A stretch of DNA of 64,000 nt from Octopus bimaculoides. Taxonomy: Eukaryota. How positions within the stretch are numbered: position 1 is the first letter of the stretch; every line of letters starts with the position of its first letter. A program made the translations under genes and the position numbers. The stretch covers positions 36,599,003 through 36,663,002 of the forward strand of contig NC_068998.1 in the NCBI RefSeq assembly GCF_001194135.2, given 5' to 3'. Under the pieces are notes generated by a model. The model saw only the letters and a list, made by a program, of their open reading frames with translations. It had not been told where the DNA came from and did not search any database. Of the stretch, positions 39,244 to 52,240 are shown in pieces.

Positions 39244-39530
39244 CGCGCGCGTGTCTGTCTGTGTTTGTTCCCAGCATCTCTTGACAACCGATGCTGGTGT
39301 GTTTACTTCCCCGTAACCTAGCGGCTNNNNNNNNNNNNNNNNNNNNNNNNNNNNNNNNNNNNNNNNNNNNNNNNNNNNNNNNNNNNNNNNNNNNNNNAGA
39401 GACGGATAAAATAAGTACTAGGCTTACAAAGAATAAGTCATGGGGTCTATTTGCTCGACTAAAAGTGGTGCTCCAGTGTGGCCGCAATCAAATGACTGAA
39501 ACAAGTAAAAGAATAAAGGAATAGAATAAA
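39060..39530 (+). mobile_element. Full-length SINE with internal (TA)(GT)(GC) microsatellite
   Basis: tRNA head 'caaccacatggtttcgggttcagtcccactgcgtg' and 3' half 'gacaaccgatgctggtgtgtttac...gactgaaacaagtaaaaga'. Confidence 0.92.
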
Positions 39531-39536
39531 AGAATA

Positions 39537-39582
<46 letters not shown>

Positions 39583-39588
39583 AACAAA

Positions 39589-39626
<38 letters not shown>

Positions 39627-40209
39627 TATATATACAAGGAATTTTTCGTCAATTGACGTAAAGTAGTAGGCTGTGCTATCAGTGCATAGTTTGGTTTACC
39701 ACAAAAACTCAGGCCTAACTGCAACTGCAAAAATGTAGTGCTGAAAATGCCTATCAAAGGTGACTAGAAGTGATTTGTCCTTGAGCGGGTGGATATAGAG
39801 AAAAATATAAAATAAAGACGCTAAAAGTTTGGCATCACACGAAAAACATTTAATTTAAATAGAGAATATACACAGTAGTTATGATAAAAAGATAGTCTCT
39901 TGTACTTTTGATCTGGTGACACTCCTGAGAACATACATACATACATACATACACACACATAAATACATACATACATACATACATACATACATACATACAT
40001 ACATACATACTTAATTCATACGCCACAAATGATAACGATATTTGAGACTATAAAAACTGGAAGAACTTAAGAATTAAATGATCATGGTTAAAGACTCTTT
40101 CCTTCAAACCTTACTACGAAGTAGGTAGCCGGTCAAGATGTACTTTAAAATTAAAAAGAGAAACGTACATACATACATACATACATACAAGTCTATATCT
40201 ATATAAACA

Positions 40210-40250
<41 letters not shown>

Positions 40251-40362
40251 GATTGCCTGTCTGTGTCTCTCTGTCTGTTTAATGACTGAAACAAGTGCAA
40301 CATAGAAGACATGTGTATATGTATGTATATATGTATGTATGTATGTTTATGTACACACACAC

Positions 40363-40397
<35 letters not shown>

Positions 40398-40968
40398 CAT
40401 ATATATATATATATANNNNNNNNNNNNNNNNNNNNNNNNNNNNNNNNNNNNNNNNNNNNNNNNNNNNNNNNNNNNNNNNNNNNNNNNNNNNNNNNNNNNN
40501 NNNNNNNNNNNNNNNNNNNNNNNNNNNNNNNNNNNNNNNNNNNNNNNNNNNNNNNNNNNNNNNNNNNNNNNNNNNNNNNNNNNNNNNNNNNNNNNNNNNN
40601 NNNNNNNNNNNNNNNNNNNNNNNNNNNNNNNNNNNNNNNNNNNNNNNNNNNNNNNNNNNNNNNNNNNNNNNNNNNNNNNNNNNNNNNNNNNNNNNNNNNN
40701 NNNNNNNNNNNNNNNNNNNNNNNNNNNNNNNNNNNNNNNNNNNNNNNNNNNNNNNNNNNNNNNNNNNNNNNNNNNNNNNNNNNNNNNNNNNNNNNNNNNN
40801 NNNNNNNNNNNNNNNNNNNNNNNNNNNNNNNNNNNNNNNNNNNNNNNNNNNNNNNNNNNNNNNNNNNNNNNNNNNNNNNNNNNNNNNNNNNNNNNNNNNN
40901 NNNNNNNNNNNNNNNNNNNNNNNNNNNNNNNNNNNNNTATATATATATATATATATATACGTATGTAT

Positions 40969-41014
<46 letters not shown>

Positions 41015-41679
41015 CGAGAAGAGAGAAGAGAAAAGAGAGAAGAGAGTGAAACATACATATAGAGAACTACACTATGACTACGAATAAAATTGGCAATCAT
41101 TTAGCTATGCGATTCGAGTGATGTCTTGATTCGTATCCAACGTCTGTACAACGCCCTCAGTTTTAAATAAATATATTGACTTAATATTGTCAATTTAACT
41201 TAATATAGTCACAGAGTGGCGTTTGATATTATTGAAGTTAAAGAGAGGAAAAGAAAAATTGCTTGTCTATGTTTTATTGCCATGTGCAGCAGAAAAACTA
41301 AGGCCAAAAGACGTTCGCACACTCAGACATACACACATATATACACACATATACACACACATGCACATACACGCGCACATACACACACAATATACACACA
41401 GGCATGGTAGACACTTATAAATACTGTGTTTTGATAAAACAACTTCAGCGCGTTGTTGCTGTGGTTTTTGTTGTTGTATAGTCTCCTGTCAGCCCTGATA
41501 AAACGTGACAATCATCAAAAATGTTCAGACTGTTACCAACACATCTTATTGTGTTTTAATAGACTACTTTGGTCTTTATGTACCTGAAGAAAGCAAAGTT
41601 TGATTTTAGGTACATTTAGCTGCTATTTTTAACAGGCCATACGGCTGCTTTATAATCTTTTGTTCAGTAAGTGTTTATG

Positions 41680-41718
<39 letters not shown>

Positions 41719-42194
41719 TCTTGCGTGCGTGCGCGTGTGTGTCAGTGTGCTTATGACACACTATATGTATACAGACATGCACTTAGATACAATCGTTGTG
41801 TCATGATAACAAGCGGTTAGGATTTGGAAATATCTTCCGTCATATACATTAACCTTGTTATTAGATAAATTATGAAGCATTTATGTGATAGCTCATATTC
41901 TAGAGGTATTCTTTTCCTACAAACGTTGATTAATTTGATACTTTTCTATTAATAATATTTTCAATTACGAGAAGGAAATACGTTTCTCACTATCCTAATT
42001 AAGGTAGCAAATACCACATGCATTTCTGTATTTCGAATTTATATTGGATAACTTTACACTAAGGAGTGGAACGTATAATTTCCTTTAATTCGGACTGCCT
42101 TGTAGTCCCAGCAGACAAAATGGAAAAGGCGTTGCTCCGAAAGCTAGCGGTGGAGATGAGTTAGAATAGCCACTCTGATACGCGGGCTTCACAA

Positions 42195-42400
42195 AGCACT
42201 CCATCCCACAATGCTCTGCAATCACTTCAGCCCCTGACATATGGTACGCCGTGCACCTGATCAGGCAACGTCAATTTGATGAGGAAGTTTGCTAATGTAC
42301 AGTACAAACATTAGACCACAAGAAACAAATCATCCGCACAGGTTGTTCAGCAAAAAGTAACAGAAACGTCTTTTCCGGACTACGAGAGGCAACCATTATC
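42195..42400 (+). mobile_element. SINE (third family) fragment
   Basis: 'gctctgcaatcacttc...ctgacatatggtacgccgtgcacctg..caggcaacgtc' as at 10.5 and 56.2 kb. Confidence 0.75.
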
Positions 42401-43640
42401 ATATGCATACATGTTTGAGTACTTCGCACTACACTCCCAAACTGTGCCAGATCGCTACCTTTAATTATGTATTCAAGGATATACTTGATAGATTTGACTG
42501 CATTGGAAGCTTCAGGATTGATCTGATCTTGGAGAATGCACAAAAGCAGGCGATTGTTGGGTACCCAAGACATTTTCTTGATGCATTCTATGAGATATGC
42601 TGAAACCTCCACCTTCTGGAGTATATCCATTCGGATATGTCTGAGCTTCTTGGCGAAAGGATTTAGGATACTTTTTTGTGCATTTTATCGCTTTCGTGGA
42701 AGAAGAATGCGCATTATGTTGACCACAGGGACTATGGAGCATATTATTCATCGCCAGTTTATACAAAATTTTGTCTTAATAGGATTCAGGATTTCTGCAC
42801 TCATGTGATTTACCTCTATCGTTATAATCTTAATTGTAAAGCAGATCAAAGCGAAATGTGCATGTGCGACAATCTATACTGCTGCCATTCAGTCAGCAAT
42901 CTCTCAATGCCAGCTATCTTTAAAAACAGCATCGTTCATGGTGTGATTTATAAATGAAATAACTTTCTGGCAAAACACTCTCACAATAAAGTCATGTCCA
43001 TGCTGGACTGTTTGACCAAGTATAAGCGCTTTACTTTACTAGGATCTCCGGCCTGTAAGACTGCATGTGAAGGTAATATACAGATCAGGCCTGCTATAGT
43101 TGCGGGCGTAAATCATTGCAAACTGCGCGCATTCTTACATTTTACACAAACTATTTGTGGAAGAAGACTGCAGTGTAACCAATTCTCCAATAATATCAGC
43201 ATGATTATATTACGTAACAACACCTTTAAAGTGAACATAATTGTTCCGGCGGTCATGTTAAAGGCACGTGAGCATCAGACGGTCTTCACACCGTCAAAGA
43301 TAAAGAAAGCCGTTGTAATGTTGCTGTAAATGCAGCAATCCAGTACAAACACAACAAACCTGAATATTTTGACATGTTGCCAAATCAGCTGCGCATCGTG
43401 TGTGAAGTCTAACGTTGTAAAAACAGAGCAACTATGCTGCACCAATGCGAAACTTACAGCCTTTATCCAGGCTATAAATTCTCTCAACTGTTTAAGAAAA
43501 ATTTGCATAAAATCTAGGAAATACTGGGTTGTCAAAGTAAACCAAGCAAAGTCATTCAGAGACCCAGTCATTCAGTGTTCCAGTCGGTATTTGCTAAATA
43601 TTCCAAACTGTCTCCGCTGGAGTTTCCTTGAATGAACACA
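42400..43640 (-). mobile_element. Helitron RepHel relic (HUH Rep domain)
   Basis: Minus strand: 'YARNYSRPDLYITFTC', 'HDFIVRVF.QK', 'VAHAHF' (HUH), 'NMLHSPCGQHN..S.....KCTKKYPK.F..E.Q...GY', 'WVPNN.LL......IN.E....VKSIKYI..YI.KGSD'. Confidence 0.9.
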
Positions 43641-43659
43641 TATACATAGTCACATAGAT

Positions 43660-45010
43660 ACAGATACTATGGTCATCAGGAATCTCAGCTTACAACATGC
43701 ATATTGCCCACAACAACTCTGCGGTGTCTGTCCCCACGCCTATGTTTGGCCTTCTGAACTGGTCGCTACTAGAACTGAATGAGACAGCTGTTCGAACTCG
43801 GAAGCTAATCAGTGTTACAGACAACTTCAGTTTCACTAGTGATGAAGCCAAGCTACACTTCCACCCAAGGATGGTGGCTGTGGTCTCAAATCTGCATGGA
43901 TGCCATAAGAAGAACGGATTGTGAGACTGAAACAACATCTGCAGCAGAAGAAAGAGACCAATAACTACATTGCCTAAGTCTGTGACCATGAAATCAATAA
44001 CATAATTAAGATAGCTAATGAAATTGAAGAGGCGTGTGAAATAAGAGCTGACACAGATCTCACCTGAAAGAGCATTGGTAGAATCTGTCTATCCGAAGAA
44101 CAAAATTTTAAAAATGGAGCAGTTCACTGAGAAGATAACACATGGGTGCTTAGCATGAAAAACACGAACCATGGAAGGGATTGATCATGTCAAAAGCTTG
44201 GCATGGAGTAGCGACAAGTTTATGATATCTTATTTTGAAGACTACCTACATACAAATCAATAACAAGAGATCCTTATCAAGTACTACAGTATAAAACTAA
44301 GGTAGAAAACGTTGACGGACAACAAATGTAGACTGTGCAAGGCCAAGGCTGAAGACATCAACCACATTATTGCCTATTGCAAGAGAATGTCTTCCAGAAA
44401 TTATTTTTACATGAGGAATGATGTGGTGGTCTGAACGGTCTGGAACAGGATAACAAAAAAGAGGACACCTACAGACGAAGTTGACTATATTGAGACCGAT
44501 GAGTCAAAAGAATATAGATGGAACTTAAAAATTAAAACAGCCACAAAGTTAAAACACAACCAGCTAGATATTGCTGTGAGGGACCACCAATGTTGTTAAA
44601 AAAAATACAAGAGAGCAGCTGCATCAAACTCTCTCGTGCACCAAATGTCAATTCCTGAAGTAAAATTCAAAATTGTGTAGCAACACCAAATGGCGGTGCC
44701 CCAGCATGGCCACAGCTCATGAGCTGAAACTAGATAAAATGAAAAAAAAAATGAAAAGAGATAGAGGATATCTGTCAACCATTGATTAGGAGTTTACAAA
44801 TCCAGTACCCAAGATACACTTTCAGTTTCATTCTTATTATTATTGGAGCAACAGAATGCATAGCAAGCCGTCCTGGAGCAAAGTATGGCTGAGCTTGAGT
44901 TCTTGGGTAGAGAAAGCAAATCATAAATCCATACACTACAAATGATCACCATATCTGGGACTCTAAAAATATGCAAGACGTTCTTAGGATTTAAAGGATG
45001 AACAAAACAA
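43660..45010 (+). mobile_element. R4/Dong-like LINE 3' portion (post-RT, CCHC, REL endonuclease), with a short SINE-tail insertion at about 44690-44750
   Basis: 'LWSSGISAYNMHIAHN...PMFGLLNWS...RTRKLIS', 'DNKCRLCKAKAEDINHIIAYCKRMS', 'KHNQLDIAVRD' (PD-like) and the C-terminal 'ITISGTLKICKTFLGF'. Confidence 0.88.
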
Positions 45011-46504
45011 AATATTTTCCTTTGCAACCTTGCAAGCCAAAATATATTCTAAAAAAGAGAAAGTAAAGAACACATGTACACACCCACACACGCTTATATG
45101 TATACACACGCGTGCGCACACGCATACACACACACACATACACACACACACAAACACAAACACACACACACGCACACGCACACACACACACACGCACACT
45201 AACACACACACACACACGCACACAAACATTCAATTATTAATTCTATTACTAATTGACGATTCCCTGCCCTTATTCTTGTATAATTTATATTTGATACCTC
45301 TAAGTTAGATGGTTAAACCGTAATCCCTTCACACGGGACTTTTTTCATACGGGACTATTTGTGACGCGCATGGATACATTTATGTATATAGGGATGAGTG
45401 AGTGGACAGATGGATTGAGTGATTGATTGATGAATGGATGGATGGACGCATATGTGTATATATGACAATTAGGTTCTTCACAGAATTCAAACTGATCAAT
45501 AACCTTGTGACAAGCCTATTTTGTTTGAGTCATGACAGTTACAAGGCTCCGGAGATTTGTAAGTATTCGTGCATGTGTTAATGATGTAGCTATATGGTGG
45601 GTGTACATGCCGTTTTTAGTGTGTGGTTACTTTTTATGTGTTGTTTTTATATATACATACATTCATACATACAAGAATAAGGGCAGGGAATCGTCAATTA
45701 GTAATAGAATTAATAATTAACAATTTTGCCAAGTAGTTCAGTATGAAAAAACCTTTATCGGTAAAACCATTTATCATCATAAATATACAGGGATTAGCAT
45801 TGAGTTGCTTCTCCAACATACTGAAAATTTAGAAATAGCAGTCAAAGAACTACTGATTCTAAACTACACATTTTTCTCTAAACGGATGGCGATATTTATG
45901 GCACACATAGAACAAAAAACCAGAGTGAAAAGCAAAAACAAACCCGCCTTTAGTTAATTGGATACGAACGTTTGGCGGTTAAGAGATTACTCTATTCCGC
46001 ATCTTCAGCCCAATATTCTGATAAATTTGAAAGTGTCTCTAAAAAAATTCACGGTAATTTCTGGCCATGCGACACCAAAAACCAACGAGAAGAAAAGGCA
46101 CTTACGAATTCATCGGCTAGTGAGTTCAGGCGAACTTAAATACTTTTATGGAATCATGCCTACATACTTATAAACGTGCATATGCTAGGAATTAAATATA
46201 TAATGTTCCACGGAGCAACGTTGAATAAAACTGTATCCGTGTAAAGACATATTCCACTCTTTCGAATGTACTCGGAAGTGTAACAGAATTACATGGATCC
46301 TGCGATCCAGTTACTTCATTCGTAGTTCATCTTCTTTTCTCACATATGTCTAAAAGCAGAATTTTCTCTCGGATCTTTCTCCGCAACGGAAGGTCTACTC
46401 ATGTCCAAGAGCTCTCAAACATGTTGAATATGACTTTACATTATACATATGCCTGTTAATATTTCTTTTTAACAACTGTCAAGCAGTATCTTGAAGATTC
46501 TAAA

Positions 46505-46850
46505 GAAGCAGATCTGGCATTCTGCCGGTTGCGATGATATGGGTTCCAGGTGATCCGATCAGCGGAACAGCATGCTCGTGAAATTAACGTGCAAGTGCTT
46601 GAGCACTCCATAGACACGCTTACCCTTAACGTAGTTCCCATGAAGATTCAGCGTGACACAGACTGTGACAAGACTGGCTTTTTGAACTACTGGTACAATT
46701 CATTTTCGCCAGCTGAATGGAATGGAGCAACGGGAAATAAAGTGGTTTGTTCAAGGCCACAACTCGCCACCAGGAGTCGAACTCACGACCTCACGATCGT
46801 GAACCGAACAGCCGTAAACACTAAGCCATACGTCTTGACTAACGAAGCAA
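46505..46850 (-). mobile_element. tRNA-derived SINE sharing its 3' block with the 22.3 kb copy
   Basis: 'cggaacagcatgctcgtgaaattaacgtgcaagtg' is the reverse complement of the 22.6 kb block; the head 'gagtcgaactcacgacc...aacactaagccat' is tRNA-like. Confidence 0.85.
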
Positions 46851-47759
46851 ACACTTCCCTATCAAAGCTACTGAAAACAGAAAAGAAAAACATCGTTGAT
46901 CTATGGAAGGCTATCATTTATATAGGGACACACATCAAAAATAAACAAACAACTACTCTTCTTACTTAGAAAAATTGAAATATTCGATTAAAAAAATAGT
47001 TAGAAATAATAAAGAGTGCACTTGGATATGAATCGATCACCCTTAAACAGAAATTAAAAGCTGTCAGTAAGAAAAACAAGTCATCAGAACAGAGTAACTA
47101 AAATAAAAATAATTAACAATAAATTTAGTTGAAATCAACCATTAGTCTGCAGGGAAATCAAAGGACAGACAATAAAAATCAGAGACCATTCTTCTCTCAT
47201 GAAGATGGAGATTAATTCTGGAGAAAAAGAGAGAATGAAAAAGAAAAAAAAAATTGATTAGGATGTACTAAGTGTGAATGAATCTGGATGAGGCATTGTT
47301 GAAATCAACACGGAAAAGAAAAATGATGACATCGCTGAGACTGCGATAAAAAGAAAAAGAACTTCAGGGAAGTGTAAAGACTTGGTTGCAGGCTAGTAGC
47401 ATTAAAAAAATTGACTTCTATCCTTCTTACTTGTGTAAAAACGATTAAAAGAGTATATATATGAATGAATAAAAATTGAAAAACATTAGATTAATTAATT
47501 TCAAGTTTCGAGTTTTGTCAAGCTGATGAGCCCAAATGGATGGCGAAATACTGTTATTTATGACCACCAGAGACTTAAAAAAAAAAGACATATATAGAAA
47601 TATATGTATGCTCTTTACTGTATGAAATAATTCGTCAACGTGCTCAAAGTTAGAAACTACTCTCTTCTCCCCTTCAGTAACTGTCAGCCACGTATATACA
47701 TACATACGCACGCGTGTGTGTTCTGTATATAAAAAAAAAAGCTCTCCTTTAGGTACCGC

Positions 47760-48290
47760 TCGTTGGGATATATAAGTAACAACCTAGCTGACATAAGCAG
47801 AAATTGGTCTGATTTAAAAAAGAATCATGCATACTAACGAACTGAAAGCTGAAACCCATTATATATAATGCAGATAGCCTGTCAGAATTTATTCCTCTAA
47901 GATCACTATGATAATAGCAATATCATTACAGACGAATAAGCAAATGGGAAGAAACGAATTTCGTGATGTGCTGTGCAATTTCTAACCAACAAAACTGTGC
48001 TGTTAGAGGTGAGACTCATAGGAAAAATTGGCAACAGTGTGGCTGGATTACGGATTACAAGGAAACTTTCGATTCTTTTCGTATTATCTTGATGCTACAG
48101 GCTTTCGAATTGCTAAATTTCTCGAGACGATAATCAAAATCACAGACAGGTTGGCTTCATCCCGAGCTAGCATTCTGAAATTAAATACAGGAAGTGATTG
48201 TATTCTCTGCGATAGCATAAAGTATCACAAGTGTATATTACAAGGAGTTGATGTCTCTATGTATGTTGCTGCTTAGAAATGCAGTAAACC
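47760..48290 (+). mobile_element. R4/Dong-like RT fragment
   Basis: 'HRKN.ATVWLDY...FDS', 'KFLET', 'CDSIKYHKCILQG' correspond to RT motifs A and B of R4-type elements. Confidence 0.7.
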
Positions 48291-49386
48291 TGTTATTGTT
48301 TATGTTAAGGATGTCTAAATAGCATATAATTGTTTCATAGGAGGTCGGAAACACCATATAGTTACTTTGTCAACTACTTAAAATAGTTACTTTGTCAACT
48401 ACTTAAAATATGTATGACAAAAAGCCTTGATCTAGTTACAAAATTATCAAAATATATGTCCCTTAAGCTCTGTCAAAATAAATGTTCTTTCTTGATTGTA
48501 AAATGGAAAAAAAAGACTTACACGCCAGTCCAGTATTAGCTCTGTCAATTGTCTGACAATTTTCTAAGTATCCGACAAGGAAATCAACCAGTATCTAATA
48601 AAGGATCAACATAAGCCATACGGTTACATTTGTATCAAGAACACATATCCAGAGCTTATTAGATTCGGTTGAAAGAATGTATGGTAATCAGGGTTCTCTG
48701 CATACAATAACGGAGTAGATTCCGATGTATTGAGTGTTTCACTTCACATAAATAACATTTGGGATACCCAATTGAATGCTACTTGAGATTCGAGTCATTG
48801 AATGTATAACTCGTGAATTACCACTTGAAATTCTGATATTTAGAGCAACTCTGCCTAAAACACAGATACAATAAGGCAACGGTTTAAGATTGATTCCAGC
48901 AGCGTTTAAAAATGTTACGTCACTTCCCTTCAACAGCATCTGTAATGCATCAAGTTCCTTTCATGAATGAATTGTGTATAAATGAGACGAATGACGTTAT
49001 AAAGATTGGAAAGACCCTCAGAAAGTATTCGTTGGTCAGGTATACAACTAAAGAATTTACTTTGATCTGCAATATTCACTTTGATCTGCAAATGAAAGAC
49101 TTTTCTTTTGCTTCTCAGCAGTGGGTCATGCATAACTATTTTGAAGAAACTGTAGAGCGACAGTAAGAGAATAGTGTATTTCCTATCAAACACACTTCAA
49201 CTTTTGCAATCCGGAAATGACAGTAACAACAAACTGTTGATGTAGAAAAAAAGGAATGGTGTACATAAAACCCCTGGATGTGCCAGTCGAGTCGGCTTCT
49301 GTGTTACATCAATGATGGGGCTCACATTATGATTAACTGCTCGAAAATGTCATCAAGGTATTATGTATCTGATGTAGTGGCCAATA

Positions 49387-50248
49387 TGTAGTCTGATCAA
49401 TAAGTATCCGGACCGTTGTCATAGTAACGAAGCTATATCACTCAGAGTAAAGCCACTTGGTACAGATTGACCTTGATCTCTGCTGTGCATGCACACTAAG
49501 TCTTAACGTTCTAGCTTGCATTCCCTTTTTACAGCAGTGCTTGGAAGTAACGTGTGTAACATGTGACCGTCGCATTGGCCATGACAAAAAATGTTGTCAT
49601 AGCGATACCTGATCAGAGGCCTACGCAAAGTTGCAGAAAGTGTATGGAGAGGAGTGTATGAGTCGCACACAAGTGTACGATTGGTTCAGACGTTTCCAAG
49701 AGGGCCAAAAAAATGTCGATAGTGACGAACGTTCTGGGAGACCCGCAACCAGGAGAACTAACAAAAACATTGCAAATGTGCGTGTAGCTGCGAAAGGAAA
49801 TCGTCGAATCACCATCCGAGGATGCGCAGATTAGTTACGATTCAGTTCAGTCCACTATCACTTAAGATTTGGGTATGGAGTGCGTGTCTGCCAAGTTTGT
49901 GCAAAAACTGCTTTCAGCTGACCAAAAAGATACTCGGGTTTCAGTTGCACAAGATCTCCTTGATTGTGTCGAAAACGATTAAAACTTTTTAAATCTTTGC
50001 TTAGGTCTCTGAGCAGGTATCGCCAAGCTTTTGGCAAAATTTGATGCAGATTCTCTACTCAGTTTTCTGCCATGGTGAAGCACGTTCCTTCCAAGCAAAT
50101 CTGTAAACAGCGGAAGTGAGCAAGAACGTTAAAACTTGGTGCACATGCACAGCAGAGTTCAAGCGCAATCTGTTCCGAACGGCTTCACTCTGTGTGCTTT
50201 AGCTTCGTTACTATGCCAACAGTCCAGATACTTATTGATCAGACCACG
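49387..50248 (+). mobile_element. Non-autonomous mariner derivative with two 5' ends (inverted arms of about 250 bp)
   Basis: TIRs tgtagtctgatcaataagtatccggac / gtccagatacttattgatcagaccacg, with inverted homology extending about 250 bp. The centre encodes only the HTH part: 'KVYGEECMSRTQVYDWFRRFQEG...DERSGRP...AKFVQKLL'. Confidence 0.9.
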
Positions 50249-50449
50249 TGCATTATAAAATGCAACGTGAAGAAAAGATAGTCCCGAAGATCAAAATATA
50301 AGTAGTTGTAATGGTGCCGAGTTCATATTCAGCCATAACTGAAAATAATATTAGTGGTGTGTATGTGTGTTGTGGAAGGATTTCAGCCACCCATATGTGA
50401 TTAAAAGTGGACACATTGCTATAAAATAAAGAATTGTCAACAATTCAGA

Positions 50450-52240
50450 GTAAGCAGTCTACTGTGACTGGTTTATTGTTTGTTAGTCGAACTACTGTCC
50501 TTGTGTGCAACGCGTAGTTTTGGCTGTCTTGCAGCGGTGCCGTGCGACGTCTTCCCTCTTGTTTAATGGGAGAGCGTCGTGTTACGAATTACGAAGATTT
50601 GGGTTCTTGTTCTTCAGACCTTGTGTCGTCTGAGGAAGAATTGGTGAAGTGTCTGAATAAAATAGACAAGGAAATGTAAACAAAAGAATTATGCTGAAGT
50701 GGCAAAAGGAAAAAGTGAAGATGTGAATCTGGAAGAATTGAGCAGGTTCAAGGAATTACTTAAAAGGGAGGGGAACAATATGAAGGTGTGCCCCCCCCCC
50801 CCACCTGCAAAAAGTTTTAAAAGTAAAAATGATAGGACGATTATTTACAGGCCATTCGTGGTAGCAACGAGAAAAATTGAAGTAGTATCAGCGACCTAAG
50901 TTGAAAAGGCGCTGAGACCTGTCTGGCAAGGGATTTCTTATCTTGCCAGAGGAAGAAAGCATGGGACGGTGGAGGTGCAGTTTCGGGAGATAGCTACCAC
51001 CAAACTGCATTCAGCAACTCCATTAAAAACTGACAAAGTGGTGCTTCTACCCGTATACATTGGGAGACGTGCTTCCAGGGTTAGGGTAGAAGACAGACCC
51101 CAGAAGTGAATATAGCCTGGCTGGTGGCTGCCATACTGCTACGCATGGAGGAGAGGGTAGTGGTCCCGCAGGCCACCAGAACATTCTACAGGAACTGGCA
51201 CGGGCAGAGCCTAGATATGGTAATACAGGTGGCTCTGGAAGACATTGAAAACATGGTAGAGACCATTACGGGCGGAGAAGTGACCCTAAGAGTTAGAGTG
51301 GAAGGGAGGATTCCGCGATGCTATAAATGTGGCCTTTCAGGCCACATTAGAGCGGATTGTCCTCCACCACCTGTGAAGGCTAAGGAGAGGCAAGAGAGCG
51401 AAAAAGTAGTTGGTACTCCACTGTCCGTGGAGGCTGGGGAGGAGCACGCGAAGGAGATTGAAACGGTACTACAGACAAAACCCAGTCCCAGCGTCGAAGA
51501 AGGGGACGTCGAAGAAGAATACCGACTGGGAAACAGCGAAAACAAAGAAGAGGAGAAAAAAGACACACGTGGTAAAGGACGACCCCCATCCCACACCCAC
51601 TCGGCTCCCACCAACACCCACTCTACTCCAACCTCTCCCTACTGATACCAACACTCCATACTCAGACATAAACACAAGCACAAACACACAGGAGCCCCAA
51701 ATTTCCCCACACTGGTCCTTGGATAAATTTGTAATATTGTACAAAAGACAACAGGAAGAACTTTGTAATGAGATAAAGACATGGGACAGATCAATAGAAG
51801 TGGATGTAACAAGGGTAGGGGGTAGCCCGAGGACGTTTGTTGTGCAGTGGCAGACCCAGAGTACCTCTCGAAATTGAGGAATTACGAGGAAGAAATTGAC
51901 TTTGATTGGTGCAAGAAAATGGACATCAGCATAATGCCTAAAAGTGTAAGTTATGCATATATTTTAAAGGAACTTAACATAGACATTTTCCAAAAACGTG
52001 AAAATTAGCTGTTACAATGGTATTATCAATGTTAATATATAAACTAGTGTTTTTTTTTTAAAAAAAGGTTGTATTAACAGGTTCAATGAAGTCGCGAGAA
52101 GGTGGGGGGGCCGAACGACTTCATTTTGTTTTGCATTATATTCAATTCATCCTTCCCATTCGTTCTGTTTTTGTCCCTACCTTGTGTTATCCCCTCTACG
52201 CACGGCTTCCATAGCCAATATCATAAAATAAAGCAGTTCA
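50450..52240 (+). mobile_element. LINE-like element carrying only a degenerate ORF1 (CCHC zinc knuckle) and a 3' tail
   Basis: Pseudo-ORF from ATG at 50566 to about 52008 contains 'KNYAEVAKGK', an RRM-like 'GTVEVQF' and 'PRCYKCGLSGHIRADCP' (CX2CX4HX4C). It is followed directly by a T-rich UTR with 'ttttgtccctacc...aataaag'. No APE or RT is seen. Confidence 0.75.

Noticed and set aside
48359-48410. Short tandem duplications (26 bp here; 20 bp at about 57765; 10-11 bp at about 52610, 57482 and 63430)
   Set aside because: These are ordinary slippage duplications with no further structure.
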